A stretch of DNA of 63,667 nt, the filler included, from Octopus bimaculoides (Eukaryota), in assembly GCF_001194135.2 (NCBI RefSeq). It is 6 parts of 6 records of this genome, joined end to end, with 100 filler letters (N's around TTAATTAATTAA, not from the genome) between each part and the next. Parts side by side here need not be neighbours in the genome. Positions count along the whole stretch, not along the records: positions 42,898 to 58,170 come from NC_069010.1; positions 58,271 to 61,784 come from NC_068996.1; 4 more parts are not named here. One strand, 5' to 3'. The notes below the pieces were generated by a model. The model did not search any database. It was not told the DNA's origin and saw only the letters and a list, made by a program, of their open reading frames with translations. Positions 50,691-61,783 of the stretch are shown in pieces (positions within the stretch are counted from its first letter, which is position 1; every line of letters begins with the position of its first letter). A program made the translations under genes and the position numbers.

Positions 50691-53600
50691 AAGTTTGATA
50701 GTTTACCATTCCTTATGTGAGATTTGGCTGTGATATCTAGCAGATCCAGACACTATAGATGTTTGGTTCCGATTGTAGAAAAGAGTGAATTAAAGAGTAA
50801 GAACCGGAAGTGTAAAAAGGCGAAATTCTAAACGTCAAAAGTAAAACAAATCAGTTATGTGTAGAAGTGTTCGATATTAATTGATAATGCCTTATAAATA
50901 GTTCGATCTATCATTTACGTTGAATTATATTTGGATATCTTCACAGTCTGCGCAGTAAAACAGATTTTATTGAACACAAGAGAAAGTAATACAGTTGAAA
51001 GCAAAAAGGGATGCAAGAAGAGTTACTATCATTGGTTTGTCTCTCTTGTTTCCTCCCGTTTCATTATCTATTCCCCACCTCTAACTCTTCCTCACTTATT
51101 AAATACACACCCACAAACACAACACTCTTTGTCTATATCTAACATTCTCACCTCATTATATAATCCAATAAGATCCCGCCCCTTTTGCTTTCTTTATTAC
51201 CTCATACTCTTCCCCTATTAATATGTTTTCGTTCGCCATCAATTTCTATTGCTCTCTCTCTCTCTCTCTCTCTCTATCTTTTATCTGTCGCTTCTTCCCC
51301 TCATTATATATTACAGTATGCTTCCTCTCGTATTGTTTTTACTCTCTCTCTCTCTCTCTCTTTCTCCTTTTCTATCTCTCCCTCCTACAAAACATATCAA
51401 TGACTTCTCCCTCTTTGTCTCCTTTCTCTCAGCAACTCCCTCTATATTTATTTTAACCACTCCGCCTCCCTTGCCATATCGCTCACCTCATCCTTTCCCT
51501 CACTCACTACACATATATATATCAGTCTCGCTCTCTCTTTATGTCTCTTCCTCTTTCACAGTAGCCTCATACATTAATGTATCACTCCCCTTTCCTAGAT
51601 ATCCCCCTCTCGTTTTTCTTTCTATATCTCTCCATCTCCTCCCACCACCTCATTACATATTACCCTCTCCCTCTGCCTCTTTTATTCTTTCTAAGAGACG
51701 CTTCTTACTTTCAAATAAATTATATTTTCAGATTTGCTTTAAATTTTTTCCTTAGCTTCCGCTGATTAGAAACTAATTAATTCTTTAACTAAAGGTTAAT
51801 TACCTCATTATTTTGTACTTTATAATTGATGAATTTAAATAGTTCTCATATTGAAGGACAGATGATGAAGTGTTTATAAAAAAAGCATAGTTCTAGATAT
51901 GGTTTCACATCATGCTAGAAAAAACTGTCAAGTGCACTCAATTTTGCGTTGTTTTTCAAACTAAACTGAAGGCGCTTTAAGAAGCATTTATGTGGTCAGT
52001 CTTCATGCCTGAAACAGAAACCAAGTGATTTTAAATTCAATATATTTATCCTTCATTTTTTATTTACAAGAAGAATTTTCGAGAAACAACAAGCAAAATC
52101 CTTCATATTTGGGTTGCTTTTCAAGAAAAGCAAAGACACATACCGAAGTGTCTATAAAATGTATTTTCTTACAAGTGGTCTGAGATCATGCTAGAAGTAA
52201 CAGTATATCATACTATATTTCCCTGTGTTTTCATGAAGGACAGTTTAAGAAACGTGCAGAAATATTGTCGAACTATCATTTCTAGCATCCCGTAAGACCA
52301 ACAGTTCAATACTTTTAAAGTATTGACATCCACCGTTTGTTTGTAGAAGAGTTACGTTGTATAGCATCCAGATGGTCCTTAATAATTGTTATATTTGTCA
52401 AAACCTTGAATCCCTGTTTTCTCTGTTCAAACGTATTTCTCCCTCATCCTCACTAAATATAAAAATAGTTTTCCCATCTTCGGTGATAATATTTCTTTAT
52501 TTCCCTTCCATTCAAAAAGAACGAGACAAAAACGATCTCTTACACACGACTCGAAATGCTGATTCCTGTAACGTGCTTTCTAGAGAAGCCATTCCACTGC
52601 CATTTAATGCGTTTCTTTTTGTATAAGAAACGATCTGCCATTGGAGGTGTGGTGTAGCGCCGTGTAGCACGATGTTACACACAGTTTAGAGCGATGCAGG
52701 GTGGTTTAGCACTTGTAACGATCTTAGTCTCCTCTGTCAATATCGTCTTCTCTTTCCCCAGCACTGACCGGGACTTTCGCCGAGGCAGAGGTTTTGTTCA
52801 GTGACCGACGACTACCTTGAACACTAACACTGGCTCACGCTCTGGCAATTAACATCGTCCTTCGTTCCCGGACAAATACAAATCGATCAGGAAATGAAGA
52901 CAATCGGTCCTGCAGACCGTTGCACATGCCGGATAAGGCAATGTCCAGCTGAAATCCGGGCAGTCGAGTATGTTTTCCACCGCGTACCCAAATCGTGGGT
53001 CTGGTTCACCGGTAGCCAGCTCTTGTGTGTACGTCCATGTACGTCCATTATTATTCTGGCCATCGACATATCTGGGTTTGTTGCCATTTTCGCCTGNNNN
53101 NNNNNNNNNNNNNNNNNNNNNNNNNNNNNNNNNNNNNNNNNNNNNNNNNNNNNNNNNNNNNNNNNNNNNNNNNNNNNNNNNNNNNNNNNNNNNNNNNNNN
53201 NNNNNNNNNNNNNNNNNNNNNNNNNNNNNNNNNNNNNNNNNNNNNNNNNNNNNNNNNNNNNNNNNNNNNNNNNNNNNNNNNNNNNNNNNNNNNNNNNNNN
53301 NNNNNNNNNNNNNNNNNNNNNNNNNNNNNNNNNNNNNNNNNNNNNNNNNNNNNNNNNNNNNNNNNNNNNNNNNNNNNNNNNNNNNNNNNNNNNNNNNNNN
53401 NNNNNNNNNNNNNNNNNNNNNNNNNNNNNNNNNNNNNNNNNNNNNNNNNNNNNNNNNNNNNNNNNNNNNNNNNNNNNNNNNNNNNNNNNNNNNNNNNNNN
53501 NNNNNNNNNNNNNNNNNNNNNNNNNNNNNNNNNNNNNNNNNNNNNNNNNNNNNNNNNNNNNNNNNNNNNNNNNNNNNNNNNNNNNNNNNNNNNNNNNNNN

Positions 53601-56189
53601 NNNNNNNNNNNNNNNNNNNNNNNNNNNNNNNNNNNNNNNNNNNNNNNNNNNNNNNNNNNNNNNNNNNNNNNNNNNNNNNNNNNNNNNNNNNNNNNNNNNN
53701 NNNNNNNNNNNNNATGGGGAGAAGCACAGTAAAATCTTCATAGACCATTTGTTTGCGAGATGAGATCCAATAAATGGCAGTGTGCTTGCTGTTCGTCACT
53801 TCAAACTGCGGCCTTAGTGGTATGCAAGCAATCATTTTCGACTCATTTTACACGAAGGAAAAGGTGATCACGAGATTGGCTGTTAACATTTTCGTCGGAC
53901 GACCAAGTTGAGAACATCAGTGGTGGGCCGCTGTTCAAGTGGTTTGCAGGACACACAAATACACACGCCATGTCTGTGTCTTCGCAATTAGCCGGGGAGA
54001 GTTGAAGATACCGATGGGCTGGCGGTGACTGGATGCAGTAATTCACGCCGTTTCCCCGCTCGCCACCAGCCGATTATTTTCCGTATTTGAACGTATCAAC
54101 AGCTAACAGGTAGAATAAGAGACGGACATACACAGAAGGTGTCCGTCGGCGAATTGTTGGGCATTGAATAGAGATAGAGAGGGAGGACCTTCCTATGAGA
54201 GACCGTTATTTGACGAGCGATTGATGATGACGACCTCAACCCTTTGCTACCCTCACACACTTCAGTTACCGAAACGGACTCCGTTCCCTAATAAACTCGA
54301 CACACTTGGCCATTGAGCAAAGAGAAACGGCCACGAAACCGGCCGCACCCATCGGATGTTACTCTGACCACCTTCATTTCACAGATGTGTTTGGACATTC
54401 TTCTCTCTTTCCAGCCTCCCACTCCGATTTCGAACAGTCTTACAACCGAACTGGAATGTTTCGCCAAGACAGTTCTTCTGTATGGGCCCCTGTCTGCATT
54501 CGATTCACTTGCCGCTATCCTTGTCNNNNNNNNNNNNNNNNNNNNNNNNNNNNNNNNNNNNNNNNNNNNNNNNNNNNNNNNNNNNNNNNNNNNNNNNNNN
54601 NNNNNNNNNNNNNNNNNNNNNNNNNNNNNNNNNNNNNNNNNNNNNNNNNNNNNNNNNNNNNNNNNNNNNNNNNNNNNNNNNNNNNNNNNNNNNNNNNNNN
54701 NNNNNNNNNNNNNNNNNNNNNNNNNNNNNNNNNNNNNNNNNNNNNNNNNNNNNNNNNNNNNNNNNNNNNNNNNNNNNNNNNNNNNNNNNNNNNNNNNNNN
54801 NNNNNNNNNNNNNNNNNNNNNNNNNNNNNNNNNNNNNNNNNNNNNNNNNNNNNNNNNNNNNNNNNNNNNNNNNNNNNNNNNNNNNNNNNNNNNNNNNNNN
54901 NNNNNNNNNNNNNNNNNNNNNNNNNNNNNNNNNNNNNNNNNNNNNNNNNNNNNNNNNNNNNNNNNNNNNNNNNNNNNNNNNNNNNNNNNNNNNNNNNNNN
55001 NNNNNNNNNNNNNNNNNNNNNNNNNNNNNNNNNNNNNNNNNNNNNNNNNNNNNNNNNNNNNNNNNNNNNNNNNNNNNNNNNNNNNNNNNNNNNNNNNNNN
55101 NNNNNNNNNNNNNNNNNNNNNNNNNNNNNNNNNNNNNNNNNNNNNNNNNNNNNNNNNNNNNNNNNNNNNNNNNNNNNNNNNNNNNNNNNNNNNNNNNNNN
55201 NNNNNNNNNNNNNNNNNNNNNNNNNNNNNNNNNNNNNNNNNNNNNNNNNNNNNNNNNNNNNNNNNNNNNNNNNNNNNNNNNNNNNNNNNNNNNNNNNNNN
55301 NNNNNNNNNNNNNNNNNNNNNNNNNNNNNNNNNNNNNNNNNNNNNNNNNNNNNTTATGCTTACCTACAATAGCCACATAACTTTAATGGTCAGCCAAATC
55401 CCTCCAAATATATAATAAATGCCAAATCAGTTCTACCACCTCAACTTGTTTTCTTATCGACTGATTTTTAATTTCCAGTTCATGGCGGATCATTTATTTA
55501 GACAAAATCCAAAGATGACTCAGCAGCTGTATTCCGCAAATAGGATAGACTTAGAAGGTGCAATAGGTGACGGACACGCACACACGGAATGTATCCCCCG
55601 GACATCAGAGAGAGAGAGAGAGAGAGAGTCACAAACTGCGGATACTTTAAATACACCGGGGATTATGTAATACACTGCTGTTTATTTCCTCATATCTTCC
55701 AAGCATTATCCGCATTTGCATATTCGGTGTGCCGCGATGTGACTCAGTGTAGTGCTATGCAGTATGGTGTGACGCAGTATTACCTTCATAGTTTTATTCA
55801 TCAGCAATTCATTCTCTAAATATATTTCTAGCCAGAGCTTCGACCCCACGAGGGGATGTTATTTGGCGAGTGACCAACAATGTTAATCATCGATGCAAAC
55901 TCTACACACTCCACAATTGATGAAAGAAGACGGCTGCGCCCCTCGGATATCACTCTGTCCACCTGCATTTCATAGATATGCCCACACATTCGTCTCCGTT
56001 CTCCATCTCACGCCCCTGGACTAAGACTTTGTTCGGCTAAGGATGACCGATTGAGATGTGAGGAAATCTCGATGGAAAGCAGCTTGATTGAATACCATCT
56101 AATGGATGCTGTTGACTTTGACGCCTTCCGAGGACAGTAGAAAGAGTATCCGGATTGCCGGATAAAACAATTGTCACTACACTGCGCGC

Positions 56190-56615
56190 CTTGTACATCC
56201 GGGCAGTTTACCTCGTGGGGAGAGAGTCCTATCCGTTTTCTCGGTAATTACAACTTCATTCATTGCTAGGTTGACTTCATGCCCTCTTGATTCCAAACAT
56301 TGCTTCCACACCTGAAATTTCTTTTCCAATTCTGATACAGATCCCATTATAAGACGAAGGACATCAGTATATAAAAGTTCTCAAGAAGAATCACTTGTAA
56401 GTTCCTTGTTGTGGCCCGGAGGTCAATGATAATCAGGAGATCAAGAACCGAACCTCGGTGAAGTACCTGCTCTCTGAATCCATTACCCTACTCATGATTA
56501 ACTTTCCCTTTGATGACAAATCCCCTGTTCATGTCTTGTATGGTTTTCACTGGGCAACCATCTACCTCTAACTCCCTCAAAGCCCACTAGATCGCAGATT
56601 AAGGGACTCTGTAGG
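56190..56615 (-). pseudogene. RTE-clade LINE reverse transcriptase fragment
   Basis: VKTIQDMNR..VLHRGSVL.LLIII..ELLYTDVLRLI.GSVSELEKKFQVWKQCLESRGHEVNLAMNEVVI corresponds to HQGSVLSP.LF...ELLYADDL...ESKGL.VN..KT. Confidence 0.85.
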
Positions 56616-57004
56616 AGTCTTAAATCCTAAATAACATTTTGATGAAAATTCATTTAACAGAAAGAAAATTCTATATTCACGACAAATTGTTTTGTATCTT
56701 GAAACATGTAAATAATTTATATAATTATCTCTAATAATGAATGAATTAAATATATCCCTCCATTAATGCAAAATGCTAAAATTCCTTTCAAAAGAATTCA
56801 TAACTTAAGCTACGTCATCAGGTGAAAGAAAAGTTTGGTTAAAAAGTAGGGTCTCGTCGTAGGAAGGAAAAGTCAAAATTTTAAAATGTTATGGAAGACG
56901 ATAATAATAAAAATTCACATAAGTTAATAGAAATATCTCCTAATGTATGGAAGGGAATTTAAGTAATATAAATAAACATGACTTCTACATACTTCTCTAT
57001 ACCT

Positions 57005-57410
57005 TTTCAAGTTCATCAACAAACTCGTTCCATCAGTGTTTCCATTACAGATTCTCAAGCGAGAGAAAAGAAGCTGCATTAGGTTTTTCAGAAATGTGGA
57101 TGCTACAAATGGCCATTACAATGGCATAAGCTACATCATTGTCTGTTTATAGGACCCATGTTATTGCGACTGAGGTTGTTTGTGGTCCTTTTGTTGGATC
57201 AATGCTGGTAATATCAAGGATTCCACATGGGTTTCAATGAATGGAATTCCCATTCACATTTATCACAGAAACAATTTCCAGTAAAGCAACCTTTGCCCTG
57301 ACATTCAACAAAGCACGTGGACAAACATTTAAACAAACTGGAATATATCTTCGCACACAATTTGTCTCCCGTGGTCAGCTGTATTTTGCATTATCAAGCG
57401 TTTCAATGAA
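57005..57410 (+). pseudogene. Helitron Rep/Hel PIF1-like helicase C-terminal fragment
   Basis: FINKLVPSVFPLQILK..FRNVDATNGHYNG..VI..EV..GPF.G..L.ISRIP..FPFTF..QFPVKATFALTFNKARGQTFKQTGIYL..FVSRGQLYFALS, the PIF1 motif set (AMTINKSQGQT..VGI.L..VFSHGQLYVALSR). Confidence 0.9.
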
Positions 57411-57429
57411 AGTTAAATGGTCATTCCAT

Positions 57430-58312
57430 AAGAACTCAACCAAATCTGTGCACGGGCCCAACTCCGATGTGACACGAAATTCTTTTGGTTTTACCTCTAT
57501 ATGCACAAGGGACACACTTATGATTTTAGCGTCCAATTCCGAAAGGTTTCAGATATACGCCCCACCAAAATTTGAGAGTCCCTCGGGGAGCTCGAATGTC
57601 ATTTTATACAAATTGTGGTGTTGAACACCTTTAATATTAATCATAGTATTTGTCTAAAATTAGCTATTCCGGGTAATCTAAATGCATCCTGTCAGCATCT
57701 TCTATCAGAATTGCTCTATCTTATTCCATATTCACGTTATTGGTCTTTCAAATATGAATCTTTTCAGAGGTAAAAATGTAAAAACAATCAATATCCAAGG
57801 GACCCTGATGGGACCAAGAGGCATAATAATAGCAAACTTCTACTGAGTTTCTTCAATTCCAGGCCTAATCTCTCTATGATAGGAAGACTGACAATGTACA
57901 AGGCATAAACGATATTCAGAGGACGCCTCTGAAAATGGTTGGAGGTGAAAACAATTTAGTCTTTTGACAAGTTTTGCCTCGTAATTTCACCATTTGAGCA
58001 ATTAAACAAGGGAATGAAACTTGTAATGCAGGAATGTATATATCCATACTTTATCCATTCAAAATTTCAACTTGTTTTCTCATCTCCTTCACAGTTAATT
58101 CATGTTATTGACCTAAGATTAGTTTTAAAGATATTCAGCAGCAAATTCTTTATAGATTGACATTTATTCTNNNNNNNNNNNNNNNNNNNNNNNNNNNNNN
58201 NNNNNNNNNNNNNNTTAATTAATTAANNNNNNNNNNNNNNNNNNNNNNNNNNNNNNNNNNNNNNNNNNNNCAATATAAGACTTAGTTAAATAAAGTTCAA
58301 TAAATTTCATCA
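57430..58312 (+). pseudogene. Penelope-like RT remnant (gap at 58171-58270)
   Basis: HGPNS..., ICTRDT..., IQGTLMGP (Q..GTAMG), KWLE, and after the gap KFNKFHQIN recalling the ORF end (FINKF.P.LN). Confidence 0.6.
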
Positions 58313-58368
58313 AATAAATGAAATGAAGCAGACTGGATGTTAAAATGGATTATGCTTTTATTTCATAA

Positions 58369-58452
58369 TCATAGACAATTGTTTCGGACAAAAGGACCAA
58401 GATTTCCATAAAGAGAACATCATAAAGGTCGAATTTGTACTCTTCAGCAGAG
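58369..58452 (-). ncRNA. Type I hammerhead ribozyme motif (left palindrome arm)
   Basis: Minus strand CTGAAGA (58447-58441), stem II G.ACAAA/TTTGT.C plus GACC/GGTC, then GAAAC-AATT-GTC. Confidence 0.6.
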
Positions 58453-58537
58453 GTGAGATCTAAAGGAAAATAAAAATAACCAAAATAACCATATTTTAAA
58501 TGTCTTTTGGTTATTTTTATATTCCTTTAAATCTCAC

Positions 58538-58621
58538 TTCTACTGAAGAGTACAAATTCGACCTTTATGATGTTCTCTTTATGGAAATCTTGGTCATTTT
58601 GTCCGAAACAATTGTCTATGA
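58538..58621 (+). ncRNA. Type I hammerhead ribozyme motif (right palindrome arm)
   Basis: CTGAAGA 58543-58549; interrupted stem II; GAAA 58605-58608; palindromic ACAATTGT stem III; GTC triplet 58614-58616; stem I weak. Confidence 0.6.
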
Positions 58622-58742
58622 TTATGAAATAAAGGCATAATCCATTTTAACATCCAGTTTATTTCATTTCATGTATTCACACACACACACACACACGCAT
58701 ACATATTGTAAGAAAAGCTTTGGTACGCCTTCACTAAACCTA

Positions 58743-59221
58743 CTAGCAATATATATTGCATATATAAAAGGTGCTACGTTGCACTGATAATCTGATCTGT
58801 CTGGGGTTAAAGTAGTAGTAACATGGAACAGCCACTTTGGTCTGGCGAATGACTTACTAGTTAGTATAGTTACTACTTTGATCTCTTCTTGAAATTTTAC
58901 AACTAGTTATTTTGCTTGATGCAAATCAGTGACCGATGGTCGCTTTGTTTACAATATATATTGCTGGTTGGAGCAGACCCTGGCTATCGCTCTAGGGGCT
59001 GAATGTTCACGACTGAGGATGAGCCAAACAGCTCGAAACTGAGTCAGTCTCGCGATCCTGGTGTGTGCTAGAGGATGGTAGGGGTTCGCTCCCCCTTCTA
59101 GCAAAATATATTGTATATATAGAAGGTGTAGCGTCGCTCCGATAACCAGCTGGCGGACAATCTGCCTAAGGTTAAACTAGTATTAATATGAAACAGCCAC
59201 TTTGATGTGGTGAATGACTTT
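58743..59221 (+). repeat. Partial tandem repeat, period ~355 bp, enclosing a hammerhead
   Basis: 58743-58856 and 59098-59221 are diverged direct repeats (ctagcaa(t/a)atatattg..., ggttaaa.tagta..., aacagccactttg...gaatgactt). Confidence 0.8.
59006..59056 (+). ncRNA. Minimal type I hammerhead ribozyme
   Basis: cacga-CTGAGGA-t-GAGC-caaaca-GCTC-GAAA-C-tgagtca-GTC-tcgcg. The full catalytic core, 4-bp stem II, near-palindromic stem III and GUC site are present; stem I has one mismatch. Confidence 0.8.
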
Positions 59222-59222
59222 A

Positions 59223-59290
<68 letters not shown>

Positions 59291-59338
59291 CAAAGTCACA
59301 CATGCATACATACATACATACATACATGCACACATACA

Positions 59339-59369
<31 letters not shown>

Positions 59370-60297
59370 CATATATATGTATGTATGTGTCTGTATATGT
59401 GTCTTTGTGTGTGTCTCTGTTTGTTCTGAATATTTTTTAAAGCTAAAACAATCCAAGTGATAAAAAAAACGATGATATTGGTAGTTGGTTAGTGCTATTA
59501 TCTGGTATTTCTGGCCCTTTCCAGCAAACAACACTATTCACCATAAATTTCCTGATGAACCCTAAAATATTGAAATACCAGGTAATAATACTATCCATCA
59601 ACCTGTACTGTTAATTTTCTCTAAGTTACATTGTTTTGGGTTTAAAATAGTATTTTAAAACATTTTATGACAATGCGTCATGAAAATTAAACTACCACTA
59701 ATATATGCGCGCGCGCGCGTATCTGTATGTCTGTGTGTGTGTATGTATGCATGTATGTATGTATGTATGGAATTCGACATATGTATAACAGAAATTTTAC
59801 AGTTATCTATTTGCAATTTCTCTGAGCGCCAAATTAATGAATTTGATCGTTAACTTATCCTGTCTGATTTATTTATTTACTTGTTTGCTCACACACACGC
59901 ACACACACACACGAACACACACACACACGCGCGCACACATGCACACACTCACACATTCATTATTTGTTTATTTATTGTGTTCCTTCGCTTTCACTCCACA
60001 AGCAACCTGAGAAGCCCCAGAGTGTCAGACAAAGAAATGCTTCTTAATAAACGCAAGATAGATTTATATTTCACTCACCGATATGACAGACTCAGCATAA
60101 AACTGGCAGTAAAAAGCATTTTAGGAGTCTCTATAATAAACAGTCACGTTTACACATGGACGCACGGCCATGAACATACAAATACACACAGACACACACA
60201 CACACACATACACACATATTTGTCTGTTCATATTTATACACTCATAATTAGCACATATTCACATGCGCACACAAATATAAATTTTTGTGTGAATGCG

Positions 60298-60380
<83 letters not shown>

Positions 60381-60637
60381 ACACACACACGCACAAACAC
60401 ACGCATACATGCACACATTGATCTAAAATTCATATATTTCTGTGTGTACAAACATATATAAATATGTAATGCTATAAGTTATCTATCTATCTATCTACTT
60501 AATGCTATACTATCTATCAATATATATATATGTATATGTATATATATTTGTGTGTGTGTGTATTTATATATGTGTGTGTTTGTGTGTGTGTATATATGTG
60601 TGTGTATCAATATTTATATATATATATATATATATAA

Positions 60638-60743
<106 letters not shown>

Positions 60744-61208
60744 GTATGTATGCATAGACGTATATTTATGTATGTGTACGAGCGTATGTGTGCACATACA
60801 TTCATACAAACATATATCTGTATGTATCGCGCCAACTGGAATGTAAATATAAACGCGGAGAGTAAGGCAAATATATGTTTGTATATCATAATATATTTTT
60901 GCTTCTATGCTTGAAGTATATGCATTAGAGAGACTGACACGATTTTTCAATTAGATAGTAATATTTATATAGAACAGGTACGTAACGTCTATTGAAATAT
61001 ATGTCTGTCTATATCTCGCAAATTCAGATTCACCCATCCATCCGTCCGTCCGTCCGTCCGTCCGTCTGTCCGTCCATCCATTCATCCATGTTTCACTGCG
61101 TCCGCCCGTCTATCTCTCTTACACTTATACACACTCATGTACGCACTTACACGTATATAACTGAATACTGGCATACATGTTTATATATATTCATGTATGT
61201 GTATAGAA

Positions 61209-61287
<79 letters not shown>

Positions 61288-61317
61288 GAGAGAGAGAGAC
61301 ATACTCATGTATATACA

Positions 61318-61484
61318 CGCGGTGGCTTTGCGTTTAGGTGTTTGCTTCCTAACTACATATGGTCCCGGGTTCACTCCCACTGCATGGTACTTTGGGCGAG
61401 TGTCTTCTTGTATAGCTTCGGGCCGACAAAAGCCTTGGAAGTGGATTTTGATAGACGGAAGCTGGAAGAAGCCTGTCGTATATG
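61318..61484 (+). mobile_element. Degenerate SINE family A 5' half
   Basis: ggtcccgggttcactcccactgc...gtgtcttc...gccgacaaaagcc...gaagaagcctgtcgtata. Confidence 0.8.
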
Positions 61485-61557
61485 AATATACATACATACA
61501 TACATACGTACGTACATACATACATACGTACATACATAATACATACATACATACATA

Positions 61558-61783
61558 CAGATGTTGGACAAAATAATGGAAACACCTTAAAATTTCAAAC
61601 AAATTTATTTTAATATGGAGTAGTAATTACAGCTTGAATTCTACGAGGTATGGACTCGTACAAAGTTTGAATTGTTTCCAAAGGAATTTTTGTCCATTCT
61701 TCAGCTAAAACAGTTTCCAGTTCGTGTAGTGATGATGGTGGAGGATTTCAACTCCTTACATGTTTTTCTAAAATGCACCGTAA
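61558..61783 (-). mobile_element. Tc1-like transposon 3' end with TIR
   Basis: TA + cagatgttggacaaaataatggaaacacc terminus; minus-strand NPPPSSLHELETVLAEEWTKIPLETIQTLYESIPRRIQAVI is a typical Tc1 C-terminus. Confidence 0.9.

Larger units (their letters stand above)
58313..58677. repeat. ~365-bp palindrome (173-bp arms, 19-nt spacer)
   Basis: 58313-58485 is the reverse complement of 58505-58677 with several scattered substitutions. Confidence 0.95.

Noticed and set aside
54280-54330. LTR end plus primer-binding site (AATAAA...CA..TGG)
   Set aside because: tggccattgagc does not match a tRNA 3' end I can recognise, and no second LTR is visible.
59495-59590. CTGATGA...GAAA inside a 16-bp inverted repeat (type III hammerhead?)
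   Set aside because: The GAAA is fully paired by tttc in the other arm and stem II is absent; it is a plain short inverted repeat.
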